50,056 nt of DNA from positions 1 through 50,056 of the IMG/VR virus record IMGVR_UViG_3300028586_000005, one strand, 5' to 3'. Below the pieces are notes generated by a model that was given only the letters and a program-made list of their open reading frames with translations, was not told the origin of the DNA and searched no databases. Within the stretch, counting starts at the first letter, position 1; every line of letters begins with the position of its first letter. Of the stretch, positions 8,702 to 18,877 are shown piece by piece. The stretch comes from a virus. Its lineage: Duplodnaviria; Caudoviricetes. The translations under genes were made by a program, and so were the position numbers.

Positions 8702-11700
8702 CAGCTTATCCTGAAGGATCGACCACCGTTGGAATAGAACCCTTCAATGAGTTCATCGGTGATCTGGATGCGCTTGCCGGTCTTGCCGAGCCCGACCGCG
8801 AGCCGCCCGCGGAACGTCGTGTCGCCGACGATGTCGACGCCTCCGCCGCCGTTGGTATCGGCGTACACCGTCAGCTGCGCGCGCCCGTCCCCAGCGACCG
8901 CTTGCACCTGCCAGCGCGCGGCGGCGTACCCTTCGAGCGTCGCGATGGCGCTCTCAGTCGTCGACACACGCGCCTCGATGCCGGAGAGGTCAGCTTGCCC
9001 GGCGTTGATCTCGGGCTGGGTCGCCGGGCGGATACCACAACGATGCCAAGTCAGCCGCTTCTCGGTCACTGACATTCCAGCAAAACCGCCCTGCCAGCCA
9101 GTCATCAAGTATATTTTGACATGAGTGCAGGGGGCAATATCCATCAGCTTAGTGAAGCGATAGCGCTTACCCTCAACGCCGCCGAGGTTAGCTTGATTAC
9201 CGCTAACGTCGGACTTGTCGTGGTAGAAACTCATGGTGTACTGAGCGATCAAATTAAAGTTGGCATCGAGTGCGTACACCAGCATTCCCGCGCCATTAAA
9301 AGTCCCGCCCTCAAGAGTTACATCTGCATCAACTACTAGCTTGCCGCCGCCCAGACCCGTTAGGCCAGGATCAACTTGATCTTCAGCCTCCAAGCCGCGG
9401 AAAGAATTTGGCGGGCAATATTGCCGAAAAGCATAGGCTCCGGCAATCCCAGTGATCTTCTGGTGATCCCCGTAGTTCCAGTTCCTCCAATACGATGGCA
9501 AATCTTGACCATCAGGCCAGTTGCTGAAGCTCGCTCCAAGGTTTGTCAGCGGAGTGCTAATGCGCGCCGCGACCTCCGCTGAACGCTGGGCTGCTGCTGC
9601 TTCAGCAGTAGCGAGAGCGAGAGATGAGGAGGAGGATTGAGCGGAGGAGAGGGCCTGATCGCGATAGGTGGCCGCGTTACCAGCCGCCGTCTCCGAGGTC
9701 GCCCGGCTCGCGTCCGCGGCGACTGCCGACGACTGCGCCGCCGTCGCGTACCCGCTCGCGCTGCCGTTCGCCGCCGCTGCAGCCTGCCTCGACGCTTCTG
9801 CAGCCGCCGCAGAGTTACCGGCTGCGGTCGACGCTGCACCCGCCGAGGTCGACGCGGAGGAGGCCGCGGAGGCGTACCCGCTCGCGTCCGCGGCGCGATC
9901 AGCGGCAGTCTGCGAATAGGTCGCCGCCTGCGCCGCCTTGTCGGTCGCGATCTGGGCCTTGCCCTCAGCATTTGCGGCGGAGCTTCCGGCCTCGGTCGCC
10001 TTGACGGCGGCTGCGGCGGCTGCGGCCTGCGCGGCGTCTCGGGCTTCCTTGGAAAGCTCGGCTGCTGCCTCGGCTGCGTCCGCGTACTGCTTGAGGTCGC
10101 CGCCGGCTTCGAGCCGCTGGTTGAGCGCTTCGATGTCAGCGAGGGTCTTGTCGACCTCGGCGAGCAGATTGACAACCGGGCGGTCGCCGACGTTCGTGCC
10201 GGGAGGTGCGCCGACCGTCGCGCCGTCGTCTGGCTTCGTCCCGTTCGGATCGAGCACGTCATCCCAGTTGACCGGCGACGTGTTGAGGTTCCCGAGCGAC
10301 ACCGGCCCGAGGATGCGCCGCTCGCCTCCGACGCCGCGCACGACGTACCGAACGCCACCCTCATAGATGCCGCCGGGCTTCAGCGTCGCGATGTCAACAG
10401 TCGTCGCAAAGACTGAGTGGATGGAGGCCCCGATCCATTCCGTGGTCCCGCTCTCGCGGTAATCGAAGATGATCGCCTCGGCGTTCGGGTTGTCGACTAC
10501 GCCGGTGAACCGCAGCACCGGATAGCCGCCCGCGGAGCCCTGCTCCAGCTGGATCGCCTGCAGGAGCCACGCCCCCGCGATCGGAGCCGCGACAAGGGAA
10601 GAGTCAGGCGCGGTGAGGGAGGGGATCGGAGGGACGGCGCCGGGCTTGCCGAGCGCATAGTCATGCTTGCCGTCCGTCTCCGATCGGAGCGACAGTTGGA
10701 CTGAGCGCCCATCGCCGTTGAGCGTCCGCGACAGAACGATGCACTTCTGCCCGTTGAGGTTCAGTTCCGGGATATTGAGCGTGACGCAGTCGCCCGGCTC
10801 CAGTCCGATCCAGCGCAGTCGCAGGTTGAGCTCGATGGGACCAATCTCGCGCCGGTTGACTAGCTCATAGGACGTGAGTTCCGTCGCCTGCTTGAGGTAG
10901 GGGACGAACTCAAGGTCAAACTCCTCGGTGCGGTCGCCGCCGTCCAGCGCCGAGTATTCCGGCACGCGCACCACGTCCGCCGGGACGATCTGCCAGCCGA
11001 ACTCCTCCGCCGGGAAGCGCGGCACCATGCCGTTAATGCGCGAGCGCCGCGACTGCGTGCCGACGACGGTGCCCTGCCCGACCATCTGGTCCGCGTCGAT
11101 CGTCGCGACCGAGACGCGCGGCGCCGACTGGATCAGCGTCAGACGCCCGCCCGTCTGGACTGGCTCCCAGCCGCCGGCCTGCCCGATCTGCTTCAGCCGG
11201 TTCCACTTCGGGTCGGTCGAGTAGAGCATGCCGCCGATGCGCCAGTTGTTCGCATCTTCGATGTTGGCGGCTTGCGCGAACGCGGCCACGTCGATCTGGT
11301 CCGGGCGGAAGCCCATCCCCATCCGGCGCTTGCCGTTCTGGTAGCGCCCGAGCGCGTAGGTCAGGCCGTGGAGCGCCGGGCGATCCGAATACACATAGGT
11401 GGACTCATTGTTCGCCCGGCATGGTCCGGAGCCACCGGGGAAGGTGCTGTCTTGCCGCGGATCGTACACGAGCACGCCGCGCCCGATGACGCCCGGCGCT
11501 GGCACGCCGCCGGTGTACTTTTTGCCCTTCGTGTCGAACTTCAAAATCCAGTGCGACGCAGCGAGGCCGCTGAGGCGATCGGTCGCCGTCCATCCGGGAT
11601 AGCCGGAGATGGGAGGGGCGAGGAAGGGCGACGGCTGGAGCCCGACCTGCGCCGACAGCCACATGAACCCGTTGAGTGATCCGACCGCGGCGCCGCCCGA

Positions 11701-12084
11701 GAAGCTGATCGGCGTCGTGCGGTCGACCAAGAAAGCGTCAATGCCGGCGATGGGGCCGTAAGAGTAAACGGACGTGAAGCCCTGATACTCATTGTCCTTG
11801 CCCCAAGTCTCGCGCTTGACGCCTGAGCCGGCGTAGAACGTTCGGCCCATCATGTATGGGATGCCGCCGTTCGGGTCCAACTTGTATTCGGTGATGCTGC
11901 CGTTGATGCCGGCTTCCGGCTTCTTGGCCGTCATCGTCAGCAGCGTGGATGCGACGCCCGCGATCGTGCTGACGGCAGTCAGGGTGCTGGCGGCGATGCC
12001 GATGCCGACGCCGAGCGCGCCGACGCCCGAGAGGATAGCCGCACCAACGCCGATGACGACAACAGCGGTGCGGATCGCCTTCAT
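8701..12084 (-). CDS. Central tail tip / host-specificity protein (gpJ-like) with FN3-like region, Ala-rich coiled coil and variable C-terminal domain
   Basis: About 1127 aa; GxxVYDPR motif typical of tail tip proteins; position after tape measure and distal tail genes; ATGA overlap at the start. Confidence 0.85.
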   Translation of the reverse strand: MKAIRTAVVVIGVGAAILSGVGALGVGIGIAASTLTAVSTIAGVASTLLTMTAKKPEAGINGSITEYKLDPNGGIPYMMGRTFYAGSGVKRETWGKDNEYQGFTSVYSYGPIAGIDAFLVDRTTPISFSGGAAVGSLNGFMWLSAQVGLQPSPFLAPPISGYPGWTATDRLSGLAASHWILKFDTKGKKYTGGVPAPGVIGRGVLVYDPRQDSTFPGGSGPCRANNESTYVYSDRPALHGLTYALGRYQNGKRRMGMGFRPDQIDVAAFAQAANIEDANNWRIGGMLYSTDPKWNRLKQIGQAGGWEPVQTGGRLTLIQSAPRVSVATIDADQMVGQGTVVGTQSRRSRINGMVPRFPAEEFGWQIVPADVVRVPEYSALDGGDRTEEFDLEFVPYLKQATELTSYELVNRREIGPIELNLRLRWIGLEPGDCVTLNIPELNLNGQKCIVLSRTLNGDGRSVQLSLRSETDGKHDYALGKPGAVPPIPSLTAPDSSLVAAPIAGAWLLQAIQLEQGSAGGYPVLRFTGVVDNPNAEAIIFDYRESGTTEWIGASIHSVFATTVDIATLKPGGIYEGGVRYVVRGVGGERRILGPVSLGNLNTSPVNWDDVLDPNGTKPDDGATVGAPPGTNVGDRPVVNLLAEVDKTLADIEALNQRLEAGGDLKQYADAAEAAAELSKEARDAAQAAAAAAAVKATEAGSSAANAEGKAQIATDKAAQAATYSQTAADRAADASGYASAASSASTSAGAASTAAGNSAAAAEASRQAAAAANGSASGYATAAQSSAVAADASRATSETAAGNAATYRDQALSSAQSSSSSLALATAEAAAAQRSAEVAARISTPLTNLGASFSNWPDGQDLPSYWRNWNYGDHQKITGIAGAYAFRQYCPPNSFRGLEAEDQVDPGLTGLGGGKLVVDADVTLEGGTFNGAGMLVYALDANFNLIAQYTMSFYHDKSDVSGNQANLGGVEGKRYRFTKLMDIAPCTHVKIYLMTGWQGGFAGMSVTEKRLTWHRCGIRPATQPEINAGQADLSGIEARVSTTESAIATLEGYAAARWQVQAVAGDGRAQLTVYADTNGGGGVDIVGDTTFRGRLAVGLGKTGKRIQITDELIEGFYSNGGRSFRIS

Positions 12085-12515
12085 AGCGGCAAAGTCCTCC
12101 AAGCGGTGATGGCTTCGTTAAGGCGCCCGACGATCGCGCCGCTAACATCCTCGTGGTAGGCGATCACTAGGCCATTTCCGAGCGCGACCGTAAGCGTGCC
12201 GAGTGGGCCGTCGCCCGCGACCTCGACGACATCGCCGGGAAGCGCAGCCGCGGGCGGGATGCGCGGGAAATACTTATCCATGACTTCCGGCAGCGTCGTG
12301 ACGCCAAAGGCACGGCGGAGCGCGGCACGGGCGCCAACGGCAGTCTTGTAGCTCCCCACCTTAGCGATCGGCATGGCGACGCCGAGTTCCTTCAAATTGT
12401 GGTGAACCATCTTCCCGCAGTCGCGCCCGTCTGCGAAGCTGAAGTCTTGCTCCTTGAACTTATCGAGCGTCGACTGTGCGGCATTCCGGCGAAGAACACT
12501 AGTTGCCTGGGACAT
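12081..12515 (-). CDS. NlpC/P60-like tail tip assembly protein (DUF6950-like)
   Basis: FxxGRDC motif and ALPGDVV; typical synteny. Confidence 0.7.
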   Translation of the reverse strand: MSQATSVLRRNAAQSTLDKFKEQDFSFADGRDCGKMVHHNLKELGVAMPIAKVGSYKTAVGARAALRRAFGVTTLPEVMDKYFPRIPPAAALPGDVVEVAGDGPLGTLTVALGNGLVIAYHEDVSGAIVGRLNEAITAWRTLPL

Positions 12516-13191
12516 TCTTCATATACCTTGCGATCTGCCCGAACGGGCCTAGGTTTCCATAATTGATTTGACCGGACTGGCCGCCAGTGATCTTGTCGCC
12601 CGGCCCCCAGATGATCTGCTTGATGACGCCAGTCACGTCCTCAAGCCCTGTTTCGCCCGGCCAGACCTCCTTGTGGTTAGCATTGGAGAGGCGGATGCCC
12701 TCCTCATCCGAGAACAACCGCTCGAACGCGCTAACGGCTTCAAACTCTAGCTCACGACGCCCGTTGTCGATTGTCAACAGCGGCTGATCTATCTCGCCCT
12801 CGAACATGAGATAGGGCGCATCAATGACGAACTTGGAGGCATTGTCGATCGCGCCGAGCCAGATGCGGATGCGGGAGCCCTGCATGTTCGGCTGGGAGAG
12901 GAGGGCGGAGGCCGTCTCGCCCGGCGGGAGGAGGGCGAAGGACAGAGCCGGCGCTTGATCGCCTACGCCGTCGCTGAGCGCGTCGATCGACTGGAGGGAG
13001 CCGAAGGTGTTGCTGTATCCGGTGAACTTGGTCGCCTTCGTGGTACCATTCCGGTAAGATACGTTGAAGGTGACTTCGCCTTCTGCCTCAAGCAACGCGA
13101 GGTCGGTGCCGGGGAACTCCACCAACATGCAAAGGAACGGCGTGAGAACGTCGGACGCGAGCGCGGCGTCCATTGAAGGCGTGGTACGCAT
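12499..13191 (-). CDS. Tail tip / baseplate hub-like protein
   Basis: Synteny; WPGETGLE and IIWG motifs as in alphaproteobacterial tail modules. Confidence 0.65.
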   Translation of the reverse strand: MRTTPSMDAALASDVLTPFLCMLVEFPGTDLALLEAEGEVTFNVSYRNGTTKATKFTGYSNTFGSLQSIDALSDGVGDQAPALSFALLPPGETASALLSQPNMQGSRIRIWLGAIDNASKFVIDAPYLMFEGEIDQPLLTIDNGRRELEFEAVSAFERLFSDEEGIRLSNANHKEVWPGETGLEDVTGVIKQIIWGPGDKITGGQSGQINYGNLGPFGQIARYMKNVPGN

Positions 13192-13745
13192 TACTCTTCA
13201 ATCCTGAAGGTCAAGCCGTAAATCTTAGCGTTGTCGACCGTCCAGCCTAGCTGGTTGCCCTTGACGAACCCCTCGATCATGCAGTCCCGAAAGGACACCG
13301 GCTCGCCGCCCGTGAGAGAAACGCGAAGCGGCGGCTGGATGCCAACGAAGTCAGCGCCCTCGGTCGTGATCTGGTGGACGTAGCGCCGGCCCGATCGGAC
13401 CACCGAGAAGAAATGTCCCTCCAGGTACTGGCCGACCGTCAGCCGGATAATCTCCGCCTGCGCCACTGCCGCGGCGGCGATCCCGGCGCTAGGGGTGGGG
13501 TGCAGGACGCCGGGCTGGGGGAAATAGTAGGACGCCCGCTCGCGCGATCCCCGCAACAGCCTAGCGACCCAGACGCGCGCCTCCTCGCCCTTCATCGGCG
13601 GTAGTTGGTACTCGCAGCCCCACCTCATCCCGAGGCGGTTGACGCGCTGGTCTGGCCCGCCGAGCGACCCGGCGACGACGCCGCCGAAGTCGATCAGGTA
13701 TGGGGAGGCGGAAGCAGCCTTGCGGAGGGGGAGGGCAACAGTCAA
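13191..13745 (-). CDS. Distal tail-like protein
   Basis: Directly after the tape measure gene; QRVNRLGxRW motif. Confidence 0.65.
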   Translation of the reverse strand: MTVALPLRKAASASPYLIDFGGVVAGSLGGPDQRVNRLGMRWGCEYQLPPMKGEEARVWVARLLRGSRERASYYFPQPGVLHPTPSAGIAAAAVAQAEIIRLTVGQYLEGHFFSVVRSGRRYVHQITTEGADFVGIQPPLRVSLTGGEPVSFRDCMIEGFVKGNQLGWTVDNAKIYGLTFRIEE

Positions 13746-16228
13746 CGCAGGGCGCTCCTCTGACGACGCATAGCAGTGCGGTTGGCGAGGGAGGCTCCGC
13801 CCACCGTCCCGCGCACCGCCGCGCGATCTGCGAGCGGTGAGGCGATGCTATCGACTTTCGCGTCAAAGTAATCGTTCGCGACAACCTTGACGATGACAGG
13901 CTCGCGTCGGCCCTGATCGCCGCGCCGCACATCGACGATCTCACCCGGCGTCGCGCGGATGCGGACCATCTGGCTGTCGACGCCGCCGGTGCCGCCGACC
14001 TTGAAGCTGCCGCCGGTCGAGAAGCCGGGCGCGCGGTTGTAGGTCGGCGTCGCCGACTTCCCGGTGATCCCGCGGAATGCGCCGACCGCCTGCGTCACGA
14101 GGTCGAGCAGACCCGAGATGCCGCCGAGAATGTCACCGCCTTTGAATGCCGAGACCATGTTGCGGAGGGAGCCGACCGCATCGCGCGCCATCTCCGCCCA
14201 GGCCTGTGCCATCTCCGCCGTCTTGTTCTTCATCTTATCGGTGATCTCACCCATGGTCTTTTCAGACTGAGTGGAGATGTCTTTAAGAACTTGATCGGTG
14301 GAGGGGAGGGCGGCAGGGTCAACGTTGCTGTAATCGACCTTGGTGCCTTCGCCGTACTTGGCCTTTTCATTCTCAGCGTGGAGGCGCGCGACTGCAGCAG
14401 CGGTCTGATCCGCCGTGAAGCCCATCGCCTTCATGCCTTTTTCGAGCGTCTCAATTTCCTTCTGTAGGGCGTTCTCGCGGGCCTGCTCCGGGAACAGCCG
14501 GTCCAGGATCGTGCCGACCTCCTGCTGTAGCGCGGCGAACGCCTGCGCCGCCTCGGCGGTCGTTTTCTTCGCCTGCCCGACCATGTTACCGTCGAGGCGC
14601 CGCATGTGCTGGCCGATTTCATCGACCATGTCGGGGATATAGCTGTGACCGACAACGGCATCATACAGACCATAGAAATACTCTTTGGTCTTGTCGATGC
14701 CGTTCTTGACGAAATTCCAAATGGCACCGAGCTTATCGACCATGTACGTCTTGATAAGATTATACAGGTTGACAATGATCGGCTTGATCTTGTCCCAATT
14801 CTTCCATGCGTAATACCCGGCGACAACTGCCGCAGTCACCGCGGCGATTGCCAGCCCGACTGGGTTCAACATAAGCGCCATCAGCGCGCGACCGACGCCA
14901 ATCACGACCGGGATCAGGTATCCCATCGCGGTGGAGAGGACAGTGATGACCGGCCCGAGCTTCGCGAGGAGGGGGAGGATCACGCCGATGGACTGGATGA
15001 GCGATCCCATCACGATGATGACGGGTCCGACCGCGGCGAGGATGAGGCCGATGGTGCCGGCGAACTTCAGCGTCTCTGGCGACGCCTTCGCCATCCAGTC
15101 GACCCACTCGCCGAGCGCGGTGACAATCTTTGTCATCTGCTCCAACAGGCCTGACTCGGCGAAGCGGATCGCGAGCGTTTCGAGCGCGCCCTTAAGCTGC
15201 TCCAGCTGGCCGTTGAAGCCCTTCATCCGGGCTGCGGCTTGGTCGGCTGCGCTCACCTTCGCGATGCGCGCCTGCATGTCCTCGAAGCCCTTAGCGCCGA
15301 GGTCCATCAGTCCGATCGCAGTGCGGATCGCGTCCGACCCGAACATGTCCTTGAGCTTCGCGTTGCGGTCCTCAGTCGAGAGGCCGGACAACTTCTCCTT
15401 GAGTTCTTGCGCGATCTGCGCCATTGGCTTCATTTCACCAGCCGCATTGAACGCGGTGAAGCCAATCGACTTGAATGCTTCGATCGCCGGCTTGGTGTCG
15501 GGGACTAGCCGCTGGATGAAAGTCTTAAAGCTGGTGCCAGCGTCCGAGCCTGAAGCAAACTGGGAGGCGGTCCCGGCGAGCGCGGCGGTGAACTCCTCGA
15601 ACTTGATGCCGGAGGAGGCCGCGACGGCGCCGGCCTGACCCATGCCTGCTTGGAAGTCGGCGAAGTCAAACTTGGACTCATTCACCGCGCCGGTGATGTT
15701 ATTAATGACGTTCGGCAAATCCTTCGCAGTCTTTTTGAACTGCGACATGGTATCGGTGATCGCCGCGGCGGCAGGGTCGAGTTCCGATCCGGTTGCGATG
15801 GCGAGGTCAACTGCCGCCTTCGCGCCGCCGCCCAGAATATCCTTTGCGGACATGCCGGCCTTCGCGAGCATATCCATTGCGTCGGAGGCTTCGGAGGCGG
15901 ACTTGCTGGTATCGGCGCCGATCTGCAGCGCCTGATCGTGCATCGCCTTGAGTTGGCCCTTCGTCGCTCCGGCGGAGATGCCGACGCGATTCATGGACGC
16001 TTCGAAGTCGCCGCCCATCTTGACGGCGGCGACCGCGAGCCCGGCGATGGGAGCCGTGACATACTTCGACAGGTCCTTGCCGAAGTCCTTGATCTTTTGC
16101 CCCTGCTTATCGAAGTCCCGCTGGAACTTCCGCATCTGGGCCTGGGCCCGACTAGTGCCCGCCTCGAACTCCGAAATGTCAATTCCGAGAGTTACGCGGA
16201 GTGCACCAATCAGGCCACTGGTCGCCAT
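13742..16228 (-). CDS. Tail tape measure protein (TP901-like core)
   Basis: 828 aa Ala/Gly-rich helical protein; FEASMNRV, SDAGTSFKT, hydrophobic segment, GFSTGGSF. Confidence 0.93.
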   Translation of the reverse strand: MATSGLIGALRVTLGIDISEFEAGTSRAQAQMRKFQRDFDKQGQKIKDFGKDLSKYVTAPIAGLAVAAVKMGGDFEASMNRVGISAGATKGQLKAMHDQALQIGADTSKSASEASDAMDMLAKAGMSAKDILGGGAKAAVDLAIATGSELDPAAAAITDTMSQFKKTAKDLPNVINNITGAVNESKFDFADFQAGMGQAGAVAASSGIKFEEFTAALAGTASQFASGSDAGTSFKTFIQRLVPDTKPAIEAFKSIGFTAFNAAGEMKPMAQIAQELKEKLSGLSTEDRNAKLKDMFGSDAIRTAIGLMDLGAKGFEDMQARIAKVSAADQAAARMKGFNGQLEQLKGALETLAIRFAESGLLEQMTKIVTALGEWVDWMAKASPETLKFAGTIGLILAAVGPVIIVMGSLIQSIGVILPLLAKLGPVITVLSTAMGYLIPVVIGVGRALMALMLNPVGLAIAAVTAAVVAGYYAWKNWDKIKPIIVNLYNLIKTYMVDKLGAIWNFVKNGIDKTKEYFYGLYDAVVGHSYIPDMVDEIGQHMRRLDGNMVGQAKKTTAEAAQAFAALQQEVGTILDRLFPEQARENALQKEIETLEKGMKAMGFTADQTAAAVARLHAENEKAKYGEGTKVDYSNVDPAALPSTDQVLKDISTQSEKTMGEITDKMKNKTAEMAQAWAEMARDAVGSLRNMVSAFKGGDILGGISGLLDLVTQAVGAFRGITGKSATPTYNRAPGFSTGGSFKVGGTGGVDSQMVRIRATPGEIVDVRRGDQGRREPVIVKVVANDYFDAKVDSIASPLADRAAVRGTVGGASLANRTAMRRQRSALR

Positions 16229-16240
16229 GTTATCCTCCGA

Positions 16241-16582
16241 TTAGCTCTGCTGGGCGACTTTCGCGTTGTGAGACGCGACCCAGGACGTCACAGCGTCCCA
16301 CAGTTCATCTTCAGTCTGAGCTTTCGGCGGTACTCCCATCAAACGCGACAGGTCGGGTAGAGACTTCTGGCGGGCTAGGGCCTCTGTGTGCCAAGCCAGC
16401 CAAGCTCTGCCCTTATCCTCGCGCTCGATCGCCTTCGCGTGGGCGATCATCACAAGGTTGATAGTTCTCGGTGTATGCCGCCAGAAGTCGTCGGGATCGC
16501 GGCCTGTTTCGAGCCAAACCTTTAGCGCCTCGATCCAGTCCCACTCTTGCGAGCCTTCGCCCTCGGCGGCGAGGCTTCCCCC
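16241..16582 (-). CDS. Tail assembly chaperone extension (gpT-like), reached by -1 frameshift
   Basis: The -1 frame from G GGG GAA reads ...WDWIEALKVWLETGRDPDDFWRHTPR..., a PxxFWxxTP motif. Confidence 0.75.
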   Translation of the reverse strand, partial: GGSLAAEGEGSQEWDWIEALKVWLETGRDPDDFWRHTPRTINLVMIAHAKAIEREDKGRAWLAWHTEALARQKSLPDLSRLMGVPPKAQTEDELWDAVTSWVASHNAKVAQQS

Positions 16583-16914
16583 GCGTCTGTTTCCTTCGGC
16601 ATCGACAGCTTGACGGCTTCCATCATCGCCTCGACGACCGCCATGTCTGGCGTCGGGAAGCCGATCAGGTCCATCGCCTCGGCGCGCGTCATCGTCGGTT
16701 GGTGGCGCTGCGCCAGCGCGTTGAGGAGGTCGCCGAGGTCGCCGAGCTTGATGTTCGTCTCATCCCAATTCGAGATGCGCTCCATCACGCCCTTCATTCC
16801 GACGCCCCACTTGTCCTCCAAGTGCGCGTAGGCAGTGCCATCGAAGATGAGGAGGAGAGGCGGTTGCCCCTCCTCCCGCGGCAGCGACACTTCACCTTTG
16901 TGCCGGTTCGCCAT
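16522..16914 (-). CDS. Tail assembly chaperone (gpG-like)
   Basis: Between the major tail and tape measure genes; MANxxKGEV start; slippery site near the 3' end. Confidence 0.8.
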   Translation of the reverse strand: MANRHKGEVSLPREEGQPPLLLIFDGTAYAHLEDKWGVGMKGVMERISNWDETNIKLGDLGDLLNALAQRHQPTMTRAEAMDLIGFPTPDMAVVEAMMEAVKLSMPKETDAGEASPPRAKARKSGTGSRR

Positions 16915-16915
16915 C

Positions 16916-17350
16916 TCAGTTCACCGGCGCTGGAGCGAAGATGAGGGGGCCGCTAACCTTGAGGGTCAGTGAGGCCGTCATCTTGTCGTCGATCACCACG
17001 TCAGCCGGCGCGTAGCTGGTGACGAGCGCCGAGCCTGAGACGCGGTGCTGCGCCGTCGTGCCGGGCTTGTTGAGGTCCATCGCGAACGCGCGGAGGTCGC
17101 CCGCCGCCATGGCAGTGTTGATGAGCGTGTCGTCGACCGATCCTGGATTGTAGTGGATCAGGACGGTCGCCTCGCCCGCGTCGATCAGCGAGGAAATGAA
17201 CTCGCGATAGTCGCCGGTCGAGTCATGGGTGGTCGTGTCGATCGTGTCGCGCGTCGGCGACGGCGGCGTCAGCGAGACAACCTCCGCGATCTTCTGGAGC
17301 GCGGTTCCGTTGAAGAGATGGAACCGGGCGCCTTTGCCCTTCGTGGCCAT
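16916..17350 (-). CDS. Major tail tube protein
   Basis: DTIDTTTHDS...REFISSLIDAGE...LKVSG (Phage_tail_2-like). Confidence 0.88.
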   Translation of the reverse strand: MATKGKGARFHLFNGTALQKIAEVVSLTPPSPTRDTIDTTTHDSTGDYREFISSLIDAGEATVLIHYNPGSVDDTLINTAMAAGDLRAFAMDLNKPGTTAQHRVSGSALVTSYAPADVVIDDKMTASLTLKVSGPLIFAPAPVN

Positions 17351-17362
17351 AACATTATCTCC

Positions 17363-17761
17363 CTACTGAGGACGGTGAGGCACCAGGAAATCCATGGTGG
17401 TACGAAAGGTCTTGCGCCCTCCCTCCGAGGCCGAAGCGTCGCCGTCACTTTCATACACCAGGATCGCGCCCTCGAACACGACCCCGGCGACTACCTTGCG
17501 CCGTTCGAGTTCATTGAGAAGCAGTCGCGATACTTTCGCCGCATCTGCCTTCGTGCGCGCATATACATCGAACTGAACGCGAGGATACTGGAGGTCAGCC
17601 GCGCCATCATGCGTGTAATCACGGTTGCGCGCCGCGAGTTGAATGATGAGATAGGGGGCCTTGCTCCCCTCGGGTGCGATGCCCCAATAAACGTCGCGAC
17701 CGATCACGCGATACATCTCCGGCGCGTCGATCAGGCGCTTGATGAGCGCTTCCTCCATCAC
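17363..17761 (-). CDS. Tail terminator / completion protein (DUF3168-like)
   Basis: PYLII and RVQFDVYA motifs; synteny; GTGA overlap. Confidence 0.8.
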   Translation of the reverse strand: MMEEALIKRLIDAPEMYRVIGRDVYWGIAPEGSKAPYLIIQLAARNRDYTHDGAADLQYPRVQFDVYARTKADAAKVSRLLLNELERRKVVAGVVFEGAILVYESDGDASASEGGRKTFRTTMDFLVPHRPQ

Positions 17762-18201
17762 CGCCTCCTCTGCCGCCGGGCGCGTCGCGCCGCCGTGTCG
17801 ACAATCTCTTGCCCTAGGTCGCGCTCGATCGTCCGCAGCGCGCCTTCCTTGCCGCCCTCCCACGCGCTGCGAAAGAACGGCTGGGCGCGCTGATGGGCGT
17901 TGCCGAACTCATTCGCGATGCCCGCCGGATCAGCGGTGCCGAAGTGAACCTGAGTTTCCTTCGGGCGATCCTTGTTGAGCGAGCGCTGCCGCTTGTTGAG
18001 CTTGTTCTTGCCGCCTTCGATGAGGCTCTCTTCAAGGTCGCCGTAACGCTCCGGCGCGTCGCGCTTCACTTCGTCCGCGATAGGCTTGAGGGCCTTCGAC
18101 ATGACGCGCCGGAGGACGCCCGATTGCGTCGACTTGGGGAGGGCCGCTAGATTGTCTAGCAACTCCCTCCCGCCGTCGAGCGTGAACGGGCGCTTCGCCA
18201 C
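17758..18201 (-). CDS. HK97 gp10-like neck protein
   Basis: AP..YGDLEES and EFGNAHQRAQPFFRSAW. Confidence 0.85.
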   Translation of the reverse strand: MAKRPFTLDGGRELLDNLAALPKSTQSGVLRRVMSKALKPIADEVKRDAPERYGDLEESLIEGGKNKLNKRQRSLNKDRPKETQVHFGTADPAGIANEFGNAHQRAQPFFRSAWEGGKEGALRTIERDLGQEIVDTAARRARRQRRR

Positions 18202-18504
18202 TTAGGCGCCGACCGGCGCGGGCGCCGCCTTGCGGGCGCGCTTACGGGTGCGCGGCGCCTTCTCCTCGACGACATAGCCGGGATCAGCCGGCATCTCGCC
18301 GCTCAGAGGGGCGCCGCCGTCGATCGCCTCGGTGACCGCATCGCCTTCCTTGAGGGCATCGTGCCCGCCGCCATAGACCAGCGTGTTGTACGCCGAAATG
18401 GAGAGATGCCGCAGCACCGTCCCTGCTGAGTGATTCCCGACGCCGCCGGTGATGTCGTGGGTCAGCTTGACTGCGAGCTCACCCGGCTGTACCTTATCCG
18501 CCAT
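18202..18504 (-). CDS. Small neck-operon protein; paralogue of the N-terminal domain of the 30547-33060 protein
   Basis: GAGGGAG RBS; between head-closure and gp10-like genes; 22/45 ungapped identity to 30571-30705. Confidence 0.75.
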   Translation of the reverse strand: MADKVQPGELAVKLTHDITGGVGNHSAGTVLRHLSISAYNTLVYGGGHDALKEGDAVTEAIDGGAPLSGEMPADPGYVVEEKAPRTRKRARKAAPAPVGA

Positions 18505-18505
18505 A

Positions 18506-18877
18506 TCAAACTCCCTCATCGGTCGCGGCGGTCAACCGGATATTGTCGCCGCGCTCCGCCTGTTCCCGCGGCGACAGGATGTTGTAAGTTGTCACGACGT
18601 TATCCGGCGTCGTCACCACCGCTCGATCCTTCGCCAATAGATCGCGCGCGCGCTCTTCAGAGCGTATCTCGATCATGACGGGGAGGGTCGCGGACGTTTG
18701 GGCGTCTGTGAAGCGTTCGTACCCAGGCGCCGGATATACAGCACAGCGCGCCTTGAAGAGTTCCGACCATCCATTCTCGGTGGGTTCGTTGAATTCGTCA
18801 CGAGCTTCCGTCCTCCGCTGGAAAGTTACCAGACAGTCGAGCCGGCGACGTTGCTTGACGAAGGATGGGCGGCGCAT
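18506..18877 (-). CDS. Head closure / head-tail adaptor (SPP1 gp16-like)
   Basis: VTFQRR..RDEFNEP...W; synteny. Confidence 0.85.
   Translation of the reverse strand: MRRPSFVKQRRRLDCLVTFQRRTEARDEFNEPTENGWSELFKARCAVYPAPGYERFTDAQTSATLPVMIEIRSEERARDLLAKDRAVVTTPDNVVTTYNILSPREQAERGDNIRLTAATDEGV

Noticed and set aside
9660-10090. Repetitive GCC/GCG-rich tract; possible diversity-generating retroelement repeat
   Set aside because: Encodes the Ala-rich coiled coil of the tail tip; no reverse transcriptase or TR/VR pair seen
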